Shown in pieces: positions 49,041 to 60,617 of a stretch of DNA of 64,000 nucleotides; position 1 is the stretch's first letter, and every line of letters starts with the position of its first letter. This DNA is from an uncultured Nitrospiraceae bacterium. GTDB lineage: Bacteria > Nitrospirota > Thermodesulfovibrionia > Thermodesulfovibrionales > Dissulfurispiraceae. The notes below the pieces were generated by a model, which was not told where the DNA came from, did no database searches, and was given only the letters and a program-made list of their open reading frames with translations. Where the stretch lies: positions 864,001-928,000 of the forward strand of contig CAVSHF010000005.1 of the NCBI GenBank assembly GCA_963727805.1. The letters run 5' to 3'. The position numbers and the translations under genes were made by a program.

Positions 49041-50498
49041 ATGGTAATCTCTACCTGTTTCAGAGGGGCTCTTTTCTCTTCCCTGCTTATTTTCTGTTTC
49101 GCGCATGTTGGATTTTGCGGGGAGAAGAGCACTGGTGAGATCATAGCCAAAGTTGTCGACTCGACTGCAACGGTCGATGCACCTCCGCAGCAGGTTGCCA
49201 AGGAGATAGATCCTCCTGCACAGCCAAAGCACGATGCAGTTTCTACCATTATGGTCCCTGCTGCTTCAGATACGTCGCTTCTTCCCGAAAGTCAGATGGG
49301 GGCATCGGCGACCACAGCACCCCCCGCTGTTTATAGCGCTGCTTCTTCAGGTGAGCAAGGTTCCCGGTCTAAAATAACCCCTCCCCTTTCAATATCGCTT
49401 TCACCCTCTGATAAAACAGCGACCAAGGCGATAGAAAAAAGCTTTGCCCTGTACACAAATAATTTAAAAAAGAGATTCTCGGTCTGGCTCGAAAGGTCCG
49501 CAAGGTACCTTGAAGTCATGAAGGATATTTTGAAAGATAAAAATATGCCCGAAGAACTTGTCTTCCTTCCTATTGTCGAAAGTGGATTCAATCCCAAGGC
49601 ATATTCATCAGCTCGGGCTGCTGGTCCTTGGCAGTTCATCGCGGGTACAGCAAAGCGTTATGGTCTGGTAATCGACTGGTGGAGGGACGAAAGAAAAGAT
49701 CCCGTCAAGTCGACTGTTGCAGCCGCCGACTATCTGAAAGATTTATATGGCATGTTTGGCTCCTGGAGCCTGGCACTCGCAGCTTATAATGCCGGAGAAG
49801 GAAGGATCGCAAAGGCCTTGAGAAGGACCGACTCCGACAACCTTTGGTCCCTTCTCGACACCAAGCAGATCAGGCAGGAAACAAAAGATTACGTCCCGCA
49901 CTATATCGCCGCCACAATCATTGCAAATACACCTGAGAATTATGGGTTCAACGATCTTTCTTACCACGAACCCTTTGAATATGACGAAGTGGTCGTCTAT
50001 ACTCCTGTAGATCTTGAGGTCATAGCAAAGTGTGCAGGGACAGGAGTGGATGAAATCAGGGAACTAAACCCCGAATTGCGCAGATGGAGCACTCCCCCCA
50101 ACATGACGGAGTACACCTTAAGATTACCGGTCGGGACCGCAGATGCCTTCATCGAGAACCTTTCGAACATGCCCGATGATAAGCTCTTCAGTTATGATTC
50201 ATATACGGTTAAGAAAAACGAAACATTGAAGAAAATCGCCGCCAGAACAGGGGTATCAGTGAGCACAATACTCGCCATGAACTCATTGTCGGGCATCGAA
50301 AGACTTCACGCCGGAGAAACGATCAAGCTACCGCCGCAGGGACAACATTTCGCCGACATCGATGACAAGATGACGGCCCGCAAGGTGTCCTTGAAATCAA
50401 CAAACAAGGGCCAGATAGTCAAGAAAGGTGATAAGTCCAGAAGCAAGAAGGCCACTCATGGTAAGTCCAAGTCCAAGGTCAAGACCAAGAAGACCTGA
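49041..50498 (+). CDS. mltD: MltD-like lytic transglycosylase with LysM
   Basis: IVESGF, AAGPWQFI, AAYNAGEG, ETKDYVP, LysM YTVK. Confidence 0.9.
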   Translation: MVISTCFRGALFSSLLIFCFAHVGFCGEKSTGEIIAKVVDSTATVDAPPQQVAKEIDPPAQPKHDAVSTIMVPAASDTSLLPESQMGASATTAPPAVYSAASSGEQGSRSKITPPLSISLSPSDKTATKAIEKSFALYTNNLKKRFSVWLERSARYLEVMKDILKDKNMPEELVFLPIVESGFNPKAYSSARAAGPWQFIAGTAKRYGLVIDWWRDERKDPVKSTVAAADYLKDLYGMFGSWSLALAAYNAGEGRIAKALRRTDSDNLWSLLDTKQIRQETKDYVPHYIAATIIANTPENYGFNDLSYHEPFEYDEVVVYTPVDLEVIAKCAGTGVDEIRELNPELRRWSTPPNMTEYTLRLPVGTADAFIENLSNMPDDKLFSYDSYTVKKNETLKKIAARTGVSVSTILAMNSLSGIERLHAGETIKLPPQGQHFADIDDKMTARKVSLKSTNKGQIVKKGDKSRSKKATHGKSKSKVKTKKT

Positions 50499-50758
50499 TA
50501 TTAAAGTCACGAAGGCTTAATCCCACAGTCCCATGCGCGATTGGGAGCATGGCCGCTCTGCCCCTTGTTTTTTTTTGATAATAATGGAAGTACCCACTCA
50601 TCTCTTTGTCATGCTTACAATATGTATCCGCACTGCACCCAGATTGATGGCCTTAACTCGGGATAATCGCGACAGCCCAACCAAACTAGAGATGATATAT
50701 CTACTTTAGAGTTAGCGGGAGGAAAGTCGCATCCTATGGCTTGAACCGGATCGTCAAG

Positions 50759-50809
50759 TTCGAATAAGCATCATGCTGCACCTGCGCAGCAGAATAATGC
50801 TTATTCGAA
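50759..50809. repeat. Long intergenic inverted repeat
   Basis: TTCGAATAAGCAT(50759-50771)...ATGCTTATTCGAA(50797-50809) with inner TGCTGC/GCAGCA. Confidence 0.7.
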
Positions 50810-51104
50810 ATACGTTGAGCAGGAGGTTGCTGCAGGTGATGGTTGCCAAAAATACTTCATTTCCTATTGGGCACGTCAATTGGTAATCACGAAAGTTTCA
50901 TTCACGTAAAAAGTGTAGACTCATAGCCAATGAAACCAATATTGTTAGAATTGCTCAACCCGAAATTAATAATCGTTTACTGACTCGAAAAATTGGATAT
51001 ATGGCTGAATTAGTGTACAGCTGATGCCAGGTGAACTGATCGCGGAAGAAAGCGCTATTCGCTCAGACAGCGGTGAAGGTCAAGCGCGGTGCAACCACTC
51101 GGAT

Positions 51105-51785
51105 CTATTCTGCAAGCCTTGCTTTAGCCTCTCCCACGAGGGCTGAATTCGGGTATTTTGTGACCAAGTCTTTATACTTAGCTTGTGCCTCTTCAGTTTT
51201 GCCCTGCACTTCAAGTATCTTGCCACTTTCCATGAGCGCCATGTCACGGAAAATGCCGTCTTGCAATCCCGCCAGAGTATTAAGCACAGCAAGAGCGTTA
51301 ATGGTATCACCTTTCTTCAGATAAGTCTCGGCCATCTTATAATAAGCGAGGGGAATGATCTTTGAATCGGGGAACTTCTCGTTCAGTTCCCTCAGCGACT
51401 TGATTGCGTCATCATAACTGCCGAGTTCATACTGGCAATAGGCAATGTAGAGAAGGACATCGGCCTTCTGCTTCACATCATAAGATTTTCTGAAAAGCTC
51501 GAGGGCTTTTTTATAATTCTCCCCGGTTACTACTGGCTGCGTGACATTCTCATTGTAGAAAAGCCGGTAGGCTTCGCGCTGCAGACCAGCGGCCTTGTCC
51601 CCTTCGGATTTAGTGTAGATAAAGAAAGCGCCGACAGAAACCAGCAGGACGAGAAAAATGGCAAGACCTATAACGAGCATGCGCTGCCTCTCTTTGATTC
51701 GAGAGCGAATGTCCGCTACTGCCCCCCTGAGGTCTTGGTCGGGGCCGTCATGTTTCTCGCTGTGTTTCTTTATGACCTTCGGCAT
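51105..51785 (-). CDS. YfgM-like membrane-anchored TPR protein
   Basis: Single TM followed by TPR repeats. Confidence 0.75.
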   Translation of the reverse strand: MPKVIKKHSEKHDGPDQDLRGAVADIRSRIKERQRMLVIGLAIFLVLLVSVGAFFIYTKSEGDKAAGLQREAYRLFYNENVTQPVVTGENYKKALELFRKSYDVKQKADVLLYIAYCQYELGSYDDAIKSLRELNEKFPDSKIIPLAYYKMAETYLKKGDTINALAVLNTLAGLQDGIFRDMALMESGKILEVQGKTEEAQAKYKDLVTKYPNSALVGEAKARLAE

Positions 51786-52441
51786 TACATTCCTCCAATA
51801 GCTTTCTTAACAAGAATCCTTGCGTGGTTAAATATGTCGTCAATTTTAGCCCGGTCAATTCCGGCAGAAAGAAGAATTCTAGCGGCATAATCACGGTTTA
51901 TGAGATCTGACGGAGCATGCGTGTCGGTATTGACGGTCAGCGGAATACCTAGAGGAATGGCTGACTGCGCTACATGGCCGTTCGACAAACTGTGGCCTTT
52001 CCGGGCAGTGATCTCGAGCGTGATGCCTTTTTCTCTTGCAAAGAGAAGGTCATCTCGGGAAATCAGGCCGGGATGGGCGAGTATGTCAGCGCCCGCTTCG
52101 ATAGCCGCCTTGTTGGTGCCTTCGATAACCGGCTCGACAATGGTTTCGCCATGAACAATGACTATCAGCGCGCCAAGTTTACGCGCCTCTTTCACAATAT
52201 CCGGAATCAGCGCCGGAGGCACATGCGTAATCTCGGCACCCGGCAACAAGGTAATGGGCATAATGTCCTTCAGTGCACGAACGACCTTCACGATTCTCGG
52301 GATGATAAGATCGATATTGGAGTGGTCCATGTGGTCCGTAATCGCAAGAGCCTTATAGCCCATCGAAACCGCTCTGCGAGCGAGTTCCGCAGGAATGAGT
52401 TCTCCGTCACTGAATATGCTGTGGGTATGAAGATCTATCAT
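51785..52441 (-). CDS. PHP-domain protein (histidinol phosphatase-like)
   Basis: DLHTHS..SDG, ITDH, VHGET, AHPG, TDTH. Confidence 0.9.
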   Translation of the reverse strand: MIDLHTHSIFSDGELIPAELARRAVSMGYKALAITDHMDHSNIDLIIPRIVKVVRALKDIMPITLLPGAEITHVPPALIPDIVKEARKLGALIVIVHGETIVEPVIEGTNKAAIEAGADILAHPGLISRDDLLFAREKGITLEITARKGHSLSNGHVAQSAIPLGIPLTVNTDTHAPSDLINRDYAARILLSAGIDRAKIDDIFNHARILVKKAIGGM

Positions 52442-52657
52442 ATTGTTAACTTTCAGAATAACGGATAGAAGCGCCAAATGTAAAGCTTTCGCAAGCTGAC
52501 ATGACAGTAGCCCACCGCCCTGTATTTTGATATACTTGCGATAGGGTCGCACCCATAGCCGTACGATAGATCGCGATCATATCGTGGCTGTTTTTAGTAC
52601 CAGTACTATATCCTAATCCATGATCGAGCTGCACACTCATGATCCGGAGGACATTCG

Positions 52658-54790
52658 ATGGCCTATGAGTTGAAACATACGACGAACAAGAAGGTATCGA
52701 AAGGGTCATTTTATCCCCTCGGCGCAACACTCCACCCGGACGGAGTCAATTTCACCCTGTATTCCCAGAATGCGCGCGAGGTTTTTTTGCTCCTTTTCGA
52801 CAAGCTGGATACTGACCCTTCGGATATCATCAAGCTCGAAAACAGGACCAAATATATCTGGCACGCTTTTGTGCAGGGATTGAAAGCAGGACAATTATAT
52901 GGCTTCAAGGTCAGAGGCGATTTCAATCCTTCCCGCGGGATGAGATTCAACGAACACAAAGTCCTTATTGATCCCTACTGCAAGGCCCTTACCGGCAAGT
53001 TCATCAATACCGACAATCTTCTCCTCGCATATGATACAAATTCCTCAGCCAGGGACCTTTCGCTCGCCGCACATGACAACACAAGCATAGTGCCGAAATC
53101 GATCGTCATCGATGACGGTTTCGACTGGCAGGCAGACTCCCCATCCCATATCCCGCTCGAAAAATTGATCATTTACGAAGTCCACCTCAAGGGATTTACT
53201 GCTCATCCATCATCGGGAGTAAGCAAACCCGGCACTTATTTAGGGTTCGTTGAGAAGATCCCGTATTTGAGAGATCTAGGGATCAATGCCGTCGAACTGC
53301 TCCCCATCCATGAGTTTTATGTCGATGATTTTCTGCTGAATAAGGGTCTCACAAACTATTGGGGATACAACACCATCGGATTCTTTGCTCCCGAATCCTC
53401 ATATTCGTCCCAGCACTATCCCGGCTGCCAGGTCGAAGAGTTCAAAACGCTGGTGCGCGAACTGCACAAGGCTGGGATCGAAGTGATTCTCGATGTCGTC
53501 TTCAACCACACCGGCGAAGGGAATGAACTTGGCCCGACGATGTGCTTTAGGGGTATCGATAATCCCACCTATTATTCTCTCACCGGGACTCCCTCTGATC
53601 CGTTTCGTTATTACATAAACTATACGGGATGCGGCAATAGCGTGAAATTTGAAAACAGCCAGGTGATACGCTTCACACTCGACTCTCTCAGGTATTGGGT
53701 CGAGACGATGCATGTGGACGGTTTCAGGTTCGACCTCGCCTCTGTGCTCGGGAGGGAATACGGCGGGTTCAGGACCTCGTCATGCTTCTTCGATGCGATT
53801 TCTCAAGACCCCGTTCTCTGCCGGTCTAAGCTTATTGCCGAACCATGGGATCTCGGCACCTATCAGGTCGGCAACTTCCCTGTCGACTGGTCAGAGTGGA
53901 ACGGCAGGTTCAGGGACACGATTAGGAAATTCGGTAAAGGCGATGCCGGTCAGTTAAGAGACCTGGGCTGGAGGCTCACCGGTTCTGCAGACTTGTATGC
54001 TGACGACGGCAGGTCGGCATACAATAGCGTTAATTTCATCACCTGCCACGATGGGTTTACCTTGAACGACCTCGTTTCATATAACTACAAACACAATAAT
54101 GCGAACCTCGAAAATAATAATGACGGGACTGATGATAATAACTCATGGAATTGCGGCGCAGAAGGCGAAAGCGACGATCCAAACATCATCGCCCTCCGCA
54201 AGCAGCTCATAAAGAATTTCGCCTGTTGTCTCCTTTTTCCAGCTGGCACCCCCATGCTGCTCGGTGGCGACGAGTTCATGCGGTCCCAAGAAGGCAATAA
54301 CAATGCATACTGCCAGGACAATGCCATAAGTTGGTTCGATTGGTCCAACCTGGAAAAGCACTCAGATATTTTTGTCTTTTTCAGGAAGGCCATCGCATTT
54401 ACCAGGAAATACACCGTCCTTCAGAACAGGAAATTCCTTGCTGGTGTCGATGAAGACGGCAACAAAATACCCGACATCTCATGGTTTGGCCCTAACAGTG
54501 GCAGAGCAGAGTGGGAGGATCCAGAGATGCGCGTCCTCTGTTATATGCTCGACGGAGCAGAGGAGGATTCCGAATTGGGCAACTATCAGCTCTATCTGAT
54601 CCTGAATGCGGACTACAACGCGCACAGCGTGAGCCTGCCGCACCTTGACGGCGAGAGGTGGTGCAGGGTAGTAGACACAAGCCTGGGCGCCGGAGAGGAT
54701 TTCCTTGATGGCGGAAAAGAAATTGAACTCGATCCACCGGATGTCTACATTGCCAATCCGCGAAGCACAGTCGTTCTGCTTGGAAGATAA
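52658..54790 (+). CDS. glgX: Glycogen debranching enzyme (GH13 isoamylase)
   Basis: PLGAT, NYWGY, DVVFNH, DGFRFDLA, AEPWD, CHDGF. Confidence 0.96.
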   Translation: MAYELKHTTNKKVSKGSFYPLGATLHPDGVNFTLYSQNAREVFLLLFDKLDTDPSDIIKLENRTKYIWHAFVQGLKAGQLYGFKVRGDFNPSRGMRFNEHKVLIDPYCKALTGKFINTDNLLLAYDTNSSARDLSLAAHDNTSIVPKSIVIDDGFDWQADSPSHIPLEKLIIYEVHLKGFTAHPSSGVSKPGTYLGFVEKIPYLRDLGINAVELLPIHEFYVDDFLLNKGLTNYWGYNTIGFFAPESSYSSQHYPGCQVEEFKTLVRELHKAGIEVILDVVFNHTGEGNELGPTMCFRGIDNPTYYSLTGTPSDPFRYYINYTGCGNSVKFENSQVIRFTLDSLRYWVETMHVDGFRFDLASVLGREYGGFRTSSCFFDAISQDPVLCRSKLIAEPWDLGTYQVGNFPVDWSEWNGRFRDTIRKFGKGDAGQLRDLGWRLTGSADLYADDGRSAYNSVNFITCHDGFTLNDLVSYNYKHNNANLENNNDGTDDNNSWNCGAEGESDDPNIIALRKQLIKNFACCLLFPAGTPMLLGGDEFMRSQEGNNNAYCQDNAISWFDWSNLEKHSDIFVFFRKAIAFTRKYTVLQNRKFLAGVDEDGNKIPDISWFGPNSGRAEWEDPEMRVLCYMLDGAEEDSELGNYQLYLILNADYNAHSVSLPHLDGERWCRVVDTSLGAGEDFLDGGKEIELDPPDVYIANPRSTVVLLGR

Positions 54791-54889
54791 AGTCGGCAAA
54801 TAGTGATGTGGAATTAGAGACCTCGGATGGTAATCTCCTTGCTACAATCCTGTCGCCTCTGCCAAAATATTAAAATGCTAGGGATTGAG

Positions 54890-55951
54890 ATGAACAAGAA
54901 CGTCATCATTGGCATGAGCGGAGGTGTCGATTCCTCTGTCACTGCTTATCTGCTGAAGGAGCAGGGATACGAAGTCGAAGGTGTGAGCCTGATACTTTTC
55001 GACTCCCGATCACGTAAGGCATTGGGCCATGCACCCTGCTCGATCGAATCTGTCGCGGATGCCAGGATTACTGCCCAGGCAATTGGGATCCGGCACAGCC
55101 ATGCCGATATGCGAGATTTATTTGCGGAGAAGGTCATCAAGCCCTTTATCGATACCTATGCAAAAGGCTCAACACCTAACCCCTGCATACTCTGCAACAG
55201 ATACATCAAATTCCTTTCGCTTATCAAGGCCGCTGATGAGCGGGGATTCAGTTTCATCTCGACCGGCCATTACGCTAGAGTATTGCAGACCGACACAGGA
55301 CCGCGCTTACGGCGAGGAATGGATCCAAGTAAAGACCAGTCCTATGTTCTTCATTATCTTAGCAAGGACATACTCAGTCGCCTCATATTGCCGCTCGGTG
55401 AAAAAACGAAACCTGAGGTTCGCACGATCGCTCAGACCCTCAACCTGCCATCCGCAAAGAGGCCTGAGAGTCAAGAGATATGCTTTCTTGAAGAAAGGCA
55501 TTATGTTGCTTTCATGGAACATCTTAACAAGGATGCGCAAGGGCAGGTTGTCGATATCAAATCAGAAAAGGTAATCGGCAGCCACAGGGGAATTCACCTT
55601 TTTACCATCGGACAGCGGAAAAGGCTACCTGCAACCGGAAGGCCGATGTACGTTGTTAAGATTGATCCCTTGAAAAACTCCGTTTATATCGGCCCGCGTG
55701 AGATGGCGCTGATGAGAGAGTTTATAGTGCGCGATGTGAATTGGCTGATATCCCCCGACAAGGGTCATCTCCGCGCCACAGTGAAAGTGCGCTCGACAAT
55801 GACGGACGAACCCGCTTCACTAAAGATATTAGATGACGGCACTGTCAGCGTCGCCTATGATGAGCCTCAGTGGGCACCCGCTCCGGGACAGAGCGCCGTT
55901 TTTTATCAGGGCGATAACGTTTTAGGCGGTGGCCCGATTGTCCCCTTCTAG
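54890..55951 (+). CDS. mnmA: tRNA 2-thiouridylase
   Basis: MSGGVDS, TPNPC..CN, TGHYAR, KDQSY, ESQEICF, TIGQR, PGQ. Confidence 0.96.
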   Translation: MNKNVIIGMSGGVDSSVTAYLLKEQGYEVEGVSLILFDSRSRKALGHAPCSIESVADARITAQAIGIRHSHADMRDLFAEKVIKPFIDTYAKGSTPNPCILCNRYIKFLSLIKAADERGFSFISTGHYARVLQTDTGPRLRRGMDPSKDQSYVLHYLSKDILSRLILPLGEKTKPEVRTIAQTLNLPSAKRPESQEICFLEERHYVAFMEHLNKDAQGQVVDIKSEKVIGSHRGIHLFTIGQRKRLPATGRPMYVVKIDPLKNSVYIGPREMALMREFIVRDVNWLISPDKGHLRATVKVRSTMTDEPASLKILDDGTVSVAYDEPQWAPAPGQSAVFYQGDNVLGGGPIVPF

Positions 55952-56205
55952 GACTCCCCCCCTATAGAGCACATTTATGTCATTGTTTTTTAGAGCATTC
56001 GGATTGTCGTGTTAACGACTCAACCTTTCGCTGGCCGGATATATCTTTCATCCATCGAGGAAATCGCCACTATAGTTGCTGCTTAGTGGGCGGAGGATGT
56101 CATACAGTCTGTCAATCTCATTTGAAAGCGAACGCGTCAAATTGTCCCTTGCACAAATCTGAAATTGTGGATTACAATATCCGCGGGATATGAGTCATTA
56201 ATCTT

Positions 56206-57950
56206 ACGGGCGTGTAACATACTATTAACATGGAAACGTCCCTCTCTGCAGGACGGACAAAGTTAAAAGGTTGGGATGGCGAAAAGCCGGCGATTATACT
56301 CACATGAAGCAGCCACATTGATTTCACTGGATTCTTTCTGTCCGAAGTCGTCACACTTATCGCTTCCTATTGACAAAATCATATTTTTAAAAACTATCAA
56401 CCCGCGAGGAGATAATTATGCCATCGCAGACTCTCACTGTTGAGACTGAAGTAGCCGGTTCACTGGCGCAGGAAGTGGCCAAACGTTCAGGCCAGAACCT
56501 CAATGCCTGTTACCAGTGCCGTCGGTGCGCCGCAGGATGCCCTGTTGGCGACGATACTGGGGTCACACCAGACCGCCTGATCAGAATGGTCGTTTTGGGT
56601 GACAGGGAGGCGGCCCTCAATAACCTTCTTGTCTGGAAATGCGTAGCATGCTATACCTGCGGTACCCGCTGCCCGAACAGCATCCATACGGCCAGGATCA
56701 CCGAAACCCTAAAACAGATGATCAAGGAACAGCACCTGCAACCGATGGTTCCGAAGGTGGCGAACTTCCACAGCGCCTTTCTGGCCTCAACCTCCCACTT
56801 CGGCAGGGTAAACGAGATGGAGTTTATGGGTATCTATGATTTTAAAACTGCCATAAACGAGCTTACAAAAGGTGGGGGAATAAAGGCGTTTATCACTGAC
56901 CTGAAGAACCAGATGCAACTCGGCAAGGCGATGATGAAGCTCAAGAGGTTTCATATCGGCTTAGAAAAGATAAAAGGCCTTGCTGAAGTAAAACGCCTGT
57001 ACAACAAAGCGAAGGGCAAATAGATGTTGTATTCAAAGACTTTGGGGGCGGCTCCGGCTGCCTTAACTACGAGGTAAAATAAAATGGAAATGGCCTATTA
57101 TCCGGGATGTTCGCTTCATGCCTCCACTGCGCTCTATGATATCCAGTGCAAGGAAGTGCTGGGCAAGCTTGATGTGGATCTCAGAGAGATCAAAGACTGG
57201 AACTGCTGCGGCGCCACTTCTGCGGCAAAGACAAATGACTTTCTGGCGATAGCCCTGCCGGCCCGCAATCTGGGGATTGCCGAGTCAAGCGGTTATGCCG
57301 AGATGATGATTCCCTGCGCCTCCTGTTACAGCCGCACTCTCATCGCGCAGAAGACGCTCGAGAGCGACAAGGACCTGAGGGACAAGATCAACGCCGAGCT
57401 TTCCGAAAAAATCAAGGGGAAGATCAAACTGCTGTCTATCCTCGACCTGCTGGTCAAGAAGTCGAAATCCGGGGAGATTGCGGCAAAGGCGACAAAAAAG
57501 CTTACCGGCCTGAAGCCGGCATGCTATTACGGCTGTCTCCAGACCCGGTACCCCATGGACGTTGAGTTTTCCGACAGCATCGAAAACCCTCAAGGCATGG
57601 AGACGGTATGCAAGGCCTTGGGAGCAGAGGCCCTCGACTGGGGCTATAAAACCGACTGCTGCGGCGCTTCAGCCTCGGTCAATGATACCGACCTGTCTAT
57701 CAAACTCATGTCCAATATCATGAAGGACGCTGTGGGCCGCGGGGCGAACTGCTTCGTCACCACATGCCCTATGTGCCAGTTGAATATGGATGCCTATCAG
57801 GAGAAGGCCGGTGAAAAGTACGGCATCAGTGCAAGGCTGCCTGTCTATTTTATTACCGAGCTGATCGGGGTCTCGATGGGCATCGGGGCCCTCGAGCTGC
57901 AGCTTGACAGGCATTTCATAGAAGCAATAGGACTTTTGAAAGGATTGGAA
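56206..57950 (+). repeat. Copy 1 of about 1.75-kb direct duplication (hdrCB plus upstream region)
   Basis: Appears identical to 58873-60617 (offset 2667); proteins identical. Confidence 0.9.
56418..57023 (+). CDS. hdrC: Heterodisulfide reductase subunit C-like (copy 1)
   Basis: CYQCRRCAAGCP and WKCVACYTCGTRCP. Confidence 0.9.
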   Translation: MPSQTLTVETEVAGSLAQEVAKRSGQNLNACYQCRRCAAGCPVGDDTGVTPDRLIRMVVLGDREAALNNLLVWKCVACYTCGTRCPNSIHTARITETLKQMIKEQHLQPMVPKVANFHSAFLASTSHFGRVNEMEFMGIYDFKTAINELTKGGGIKAFITDLKNQMQLGKAMMKLKRFHIGLEKIKGLAEVKRLYNKAKGK

Positions 57951-57959
57951 TTGCTATAA
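57084..57959 (+). CDS. hdrB: Heterodisulfide reductase subunit B-like (copy 1)
   Basis: YYPGCS, WNCCG, YYGC, CCG, CPMCQ.N (two CCG domains). Confidence 0.92.
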   Translation: MEMAYYPGCSLHASTALYDIQCKEVLGKLDVDLREIKDWNCCGATSAAKTNDFLAIALPARNLGIAESSGYAEMMIPCASCYSRTLIAQKTLESDKDLRDKINAELSEKIKGKIKLLSILDLLVKKSKSGEIAAKATKKLTGLKPACYYGCLQTRYPMDVEFSDSIENPQGMETVCKALGAEALDWGYKTDCCGASASVNDTDLSIKLMSNIMKDAVGRGANCFVTTCPMCQLNMDAYQEKAGEKYGISARLPVYFITELIGVSMGIGALELQLDRHFIEAIGLLKGLELL

Positions 57960-57981
57960 ACGACTCTAACTGCTTCCACTG

Positions 57982-58011
57982 AGAGAATCCGGGTTAAAGC
58001 CCGGATTCTCT
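57982..58011. terminator. Hairpin between convergent genes
   Basis: AGAGAATCCGGG-ttaaag-CCCGGATTCTCT, 12-bp stem. Confidence 0.75.
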
Positions 58012-58062
58012 TCAATCAATCGGCAGCGACCCGATAACCCGTCTTAGGAATCTCCGAATGGC

Positions 58063-58464
58063 TCAATACCCCTGCCCCGACCTCGACGCCGGCGGTGTGG
58101 TCACCGTTCGGACCACTGGTTGAATCTCGTACTTATAATTGCAGGTTGCCTGTGTGTTCTGATTGTTTGTCCACATCAAGCAATAGATGTCCTCGTGATC
58201 AGGCACATACGTTCCATCATCCGAATTGACGTTGCGTCTCTCAAGGGGAAAAAAGATCTTGTCGCCGGCATGGTAATGAACATTAAAATCGACAGGCACA
58301 GAAGCAAAAAAGGAATAGATGAACTTCTGGCCGCCCTTGACCGATATACATTCTTCATGTATGCCGCCCGGTTTGATCTGAGTCATGCCACTTTCCTTCA
58401 CAGGCGCTACAGCGCATGAAGCAAGGAGGAGCAACGAAAAAGCAAACATCATCATCCTTATCAT
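58063..58464 (-). CDS. Hypothetical lipoprotein
   Basis: RBS GAGGTG; signal peptide with lipobox LASC. Confidence 0.7.
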   Translation of the reverse strand: MIRMMMFAFSLLLLASCAVAPVKESGMTQIKPGGIHEECISVKGGQKFIYSFFASVPVDFNVHYHAGDKIFFPLERRNVNSDDGTYVPDHEDIYCLMWTNNQNTQATCNYKYEIQPVVRTVTTPPASRSGQGY

Positions 58465-58872
58465 CTTTTTCACCTCATTTTTAAAGATATCGCACCCCGG
58501 TTGCTTGACAACGACCGGATGCCTAAACATACTATATCCGGATTGATGTCATCATGCAAACACGCTAACATCTTGCAATCCTTAATATCATATATCATTG
58601 TTTTTTCTTATTACCTGATAAGCTGATATTGACATAAGTTTGCTCGAATACAGAGTTCCACCGGTTCTAAAACAGCCCTGCACAAGGCATTGAGTCTAAT
58701 GCCCCTGTCCGACGACGTCCGCTCCTCGATATCGTGCAAAAGCGAACGTGTCAAATTGCCCCTTGCACAAATCTGAAATTGTGGATTACAATATTCGCGG
58801 TGCATGGTTCATTAATCTTACAGACGTTGATTTTTGGTAAGGCAATGCCCCGCCAGAACAAGTCGCAAACCA

Positions 58873-60617
58873 ACGGGCGTGTAACATACTATTAACATGG
58901 AAACGTCCCTCTCTGCAGGACGGACAAAGTTAAAAGGTTGGGATGGCGAAAAGCCGGCGATTATACTCACATGAAGCAGCCACATTGATTTCACTGGATT
59001 CTTTCTGTCCGAAGTCGTCACACTTATCGCTTCCTATTGACAAAATCATATTTTTAAAAACTATCAACCCGCGAGGAGATAATTATGCCATCGCAGACTC
59101 TCACTGTTGAGACTGAAGTAGCCGGTTCACTGGCGCAGGAAGTGGCCAAACGTTCAGGCCAGAACCTCAATGCCTGTTACCAGTGCCGTCGGTGCGCCGC
59201 AGGATGCCCTGTTGGCGACGATACTGGGGTCACACCAGACCGCCTGATCAGAATGGTCGTTTTGGGTGACAGGGAGGCGGCCCTCAATAACCTTCTTGTC
59301 TGGAAATGCGTAGCATGCTATACCTGCGGTACCCGCTGCCCGAACAGCATCCATACGGCCAGGATCACCGAAACCCTAAAACAGATGATCAAGGAACAGC
59401 ACCTGCAACCGATGGTTCCGAAGGTGGCGAACTTCCACAGCGCCTTTCTGGCCTCAACCTCCCACTTCGGCAGGGTAAACGAGATGGAGTTTATGGGTAT
59501 CTATGATTTTAAAACTGCCATAAACGAGCTTACAAAAGGTGGGGGAATAAAGGCGTTTATCACTGACCTGAAGAACCAGATGCAACTCGGCAAGGCGATG
59601 ATGAAGCTCAAGAGGTTTCATATCGGCTTAGAAAAGATAAAAGGCCTTGCTGAAGTAAAACGCCTGTACAACAAAGCGAAGGGCAAATAGATGTTGTATT
59701 CAAAGACTTTGGGGGCGGCTCCGGCTGCCTTAACTACGAGGTAAAATAAAATGGAAATGGCCTATTATCCGGGATGTTCGCTTCATGCCTCCACTGCGCT
59801 CTATGATATCCAGTGCAAGGAAGTGCTGGGCAAGCTTGATGTGGATCTCAGAGAGATCAAAGACTGGAACTGCTGCGGCGCCACTTCTGCGGCAAAGACA
59901 AATGACTTTCTGGCGATAGCCCTGCCGGCCCGCAATCTGGGGATTGCCGAGTCAAGCGGTTATGCCGAGATGATGATTCCCTGCGCCTCCTGTTACAGCC
60001 GCACTCTCATCGCGCAGAAGACGCTCGAGAGCGACAAGGACCTGAGGGACAAGATCAACGCCGAGCTTTCCGAAAAAATCAAGGGGAAGATCAAACTGCT
60101 GTCTATCCTCGACCTGCTGGTCAAGAAGTCGAAATCCGGGGAGATTGCGGCAAAGGCGACAAAAAAGCTTACCGGCCTGAAGCCGGCATGCTATTACGGC
60201 TGTCTCCAGACCCGGTACCCCATGGACGTTGAGTTTTCCGACAGCATCGAAAACCCTCAAGGCATGGAGACGGTATGCAAGGCCTTGGGAGCAGAGGCCC
60301 TCGACTGGGGCTATAAAACCGACTGCTGCGGCGCTTCAGCCTCGGTCAATGATACCGACCTGTCTATCAAACTCATGTCCAATATCATGAAGGACGCTGT
60401 GGGCCGCGGGGCGAACTGCTTCGTCACCACATGCCCTATGTGCCAGTTGAATATGGATGCCTATCAGGAGAAGGCCGGTGAAAAGTACGGCATCAGTGCA
60501 AGGCTGCCTGTCTATTTTATTACCGAGCTGATCGGGGTCTCGATGGGCATCGGGGCCCTCGAGCTGCAGCTTGACAGGCATTTCATAGAAGCAATAGGAC
60601 TTTTGAAAGGATTGGAA
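58873..60617 (+). repeat. Copy 2 of about 1.75-kb direct duplication
   Basis: Matches 56206-57950. Confidence 0.9.
59085..59690 (+). CDS. hdrC: Heterodisulfide reductase subunit C-like (copy 2)
   Basis: Identical protein to copy 1. Confidence 0.9.
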   Translation: MPSQTLTVETEVAGSLAQEVAKRSGQNLNACYQCRRCAAGCPVGDDTGVTPDRLIRMVVLGDREAALNNLLVWKCVACYTCGTRCPNSIHTARITETLKQMIKEQHLQPMVPKVANFHSAFLASTSHFGRVNEMEFMGIYDFKTAINELTKGGGIKAFITDLKNQMQLGKAMMKLKRFHIGLEKIKGLAEVKRLYNKAKGK

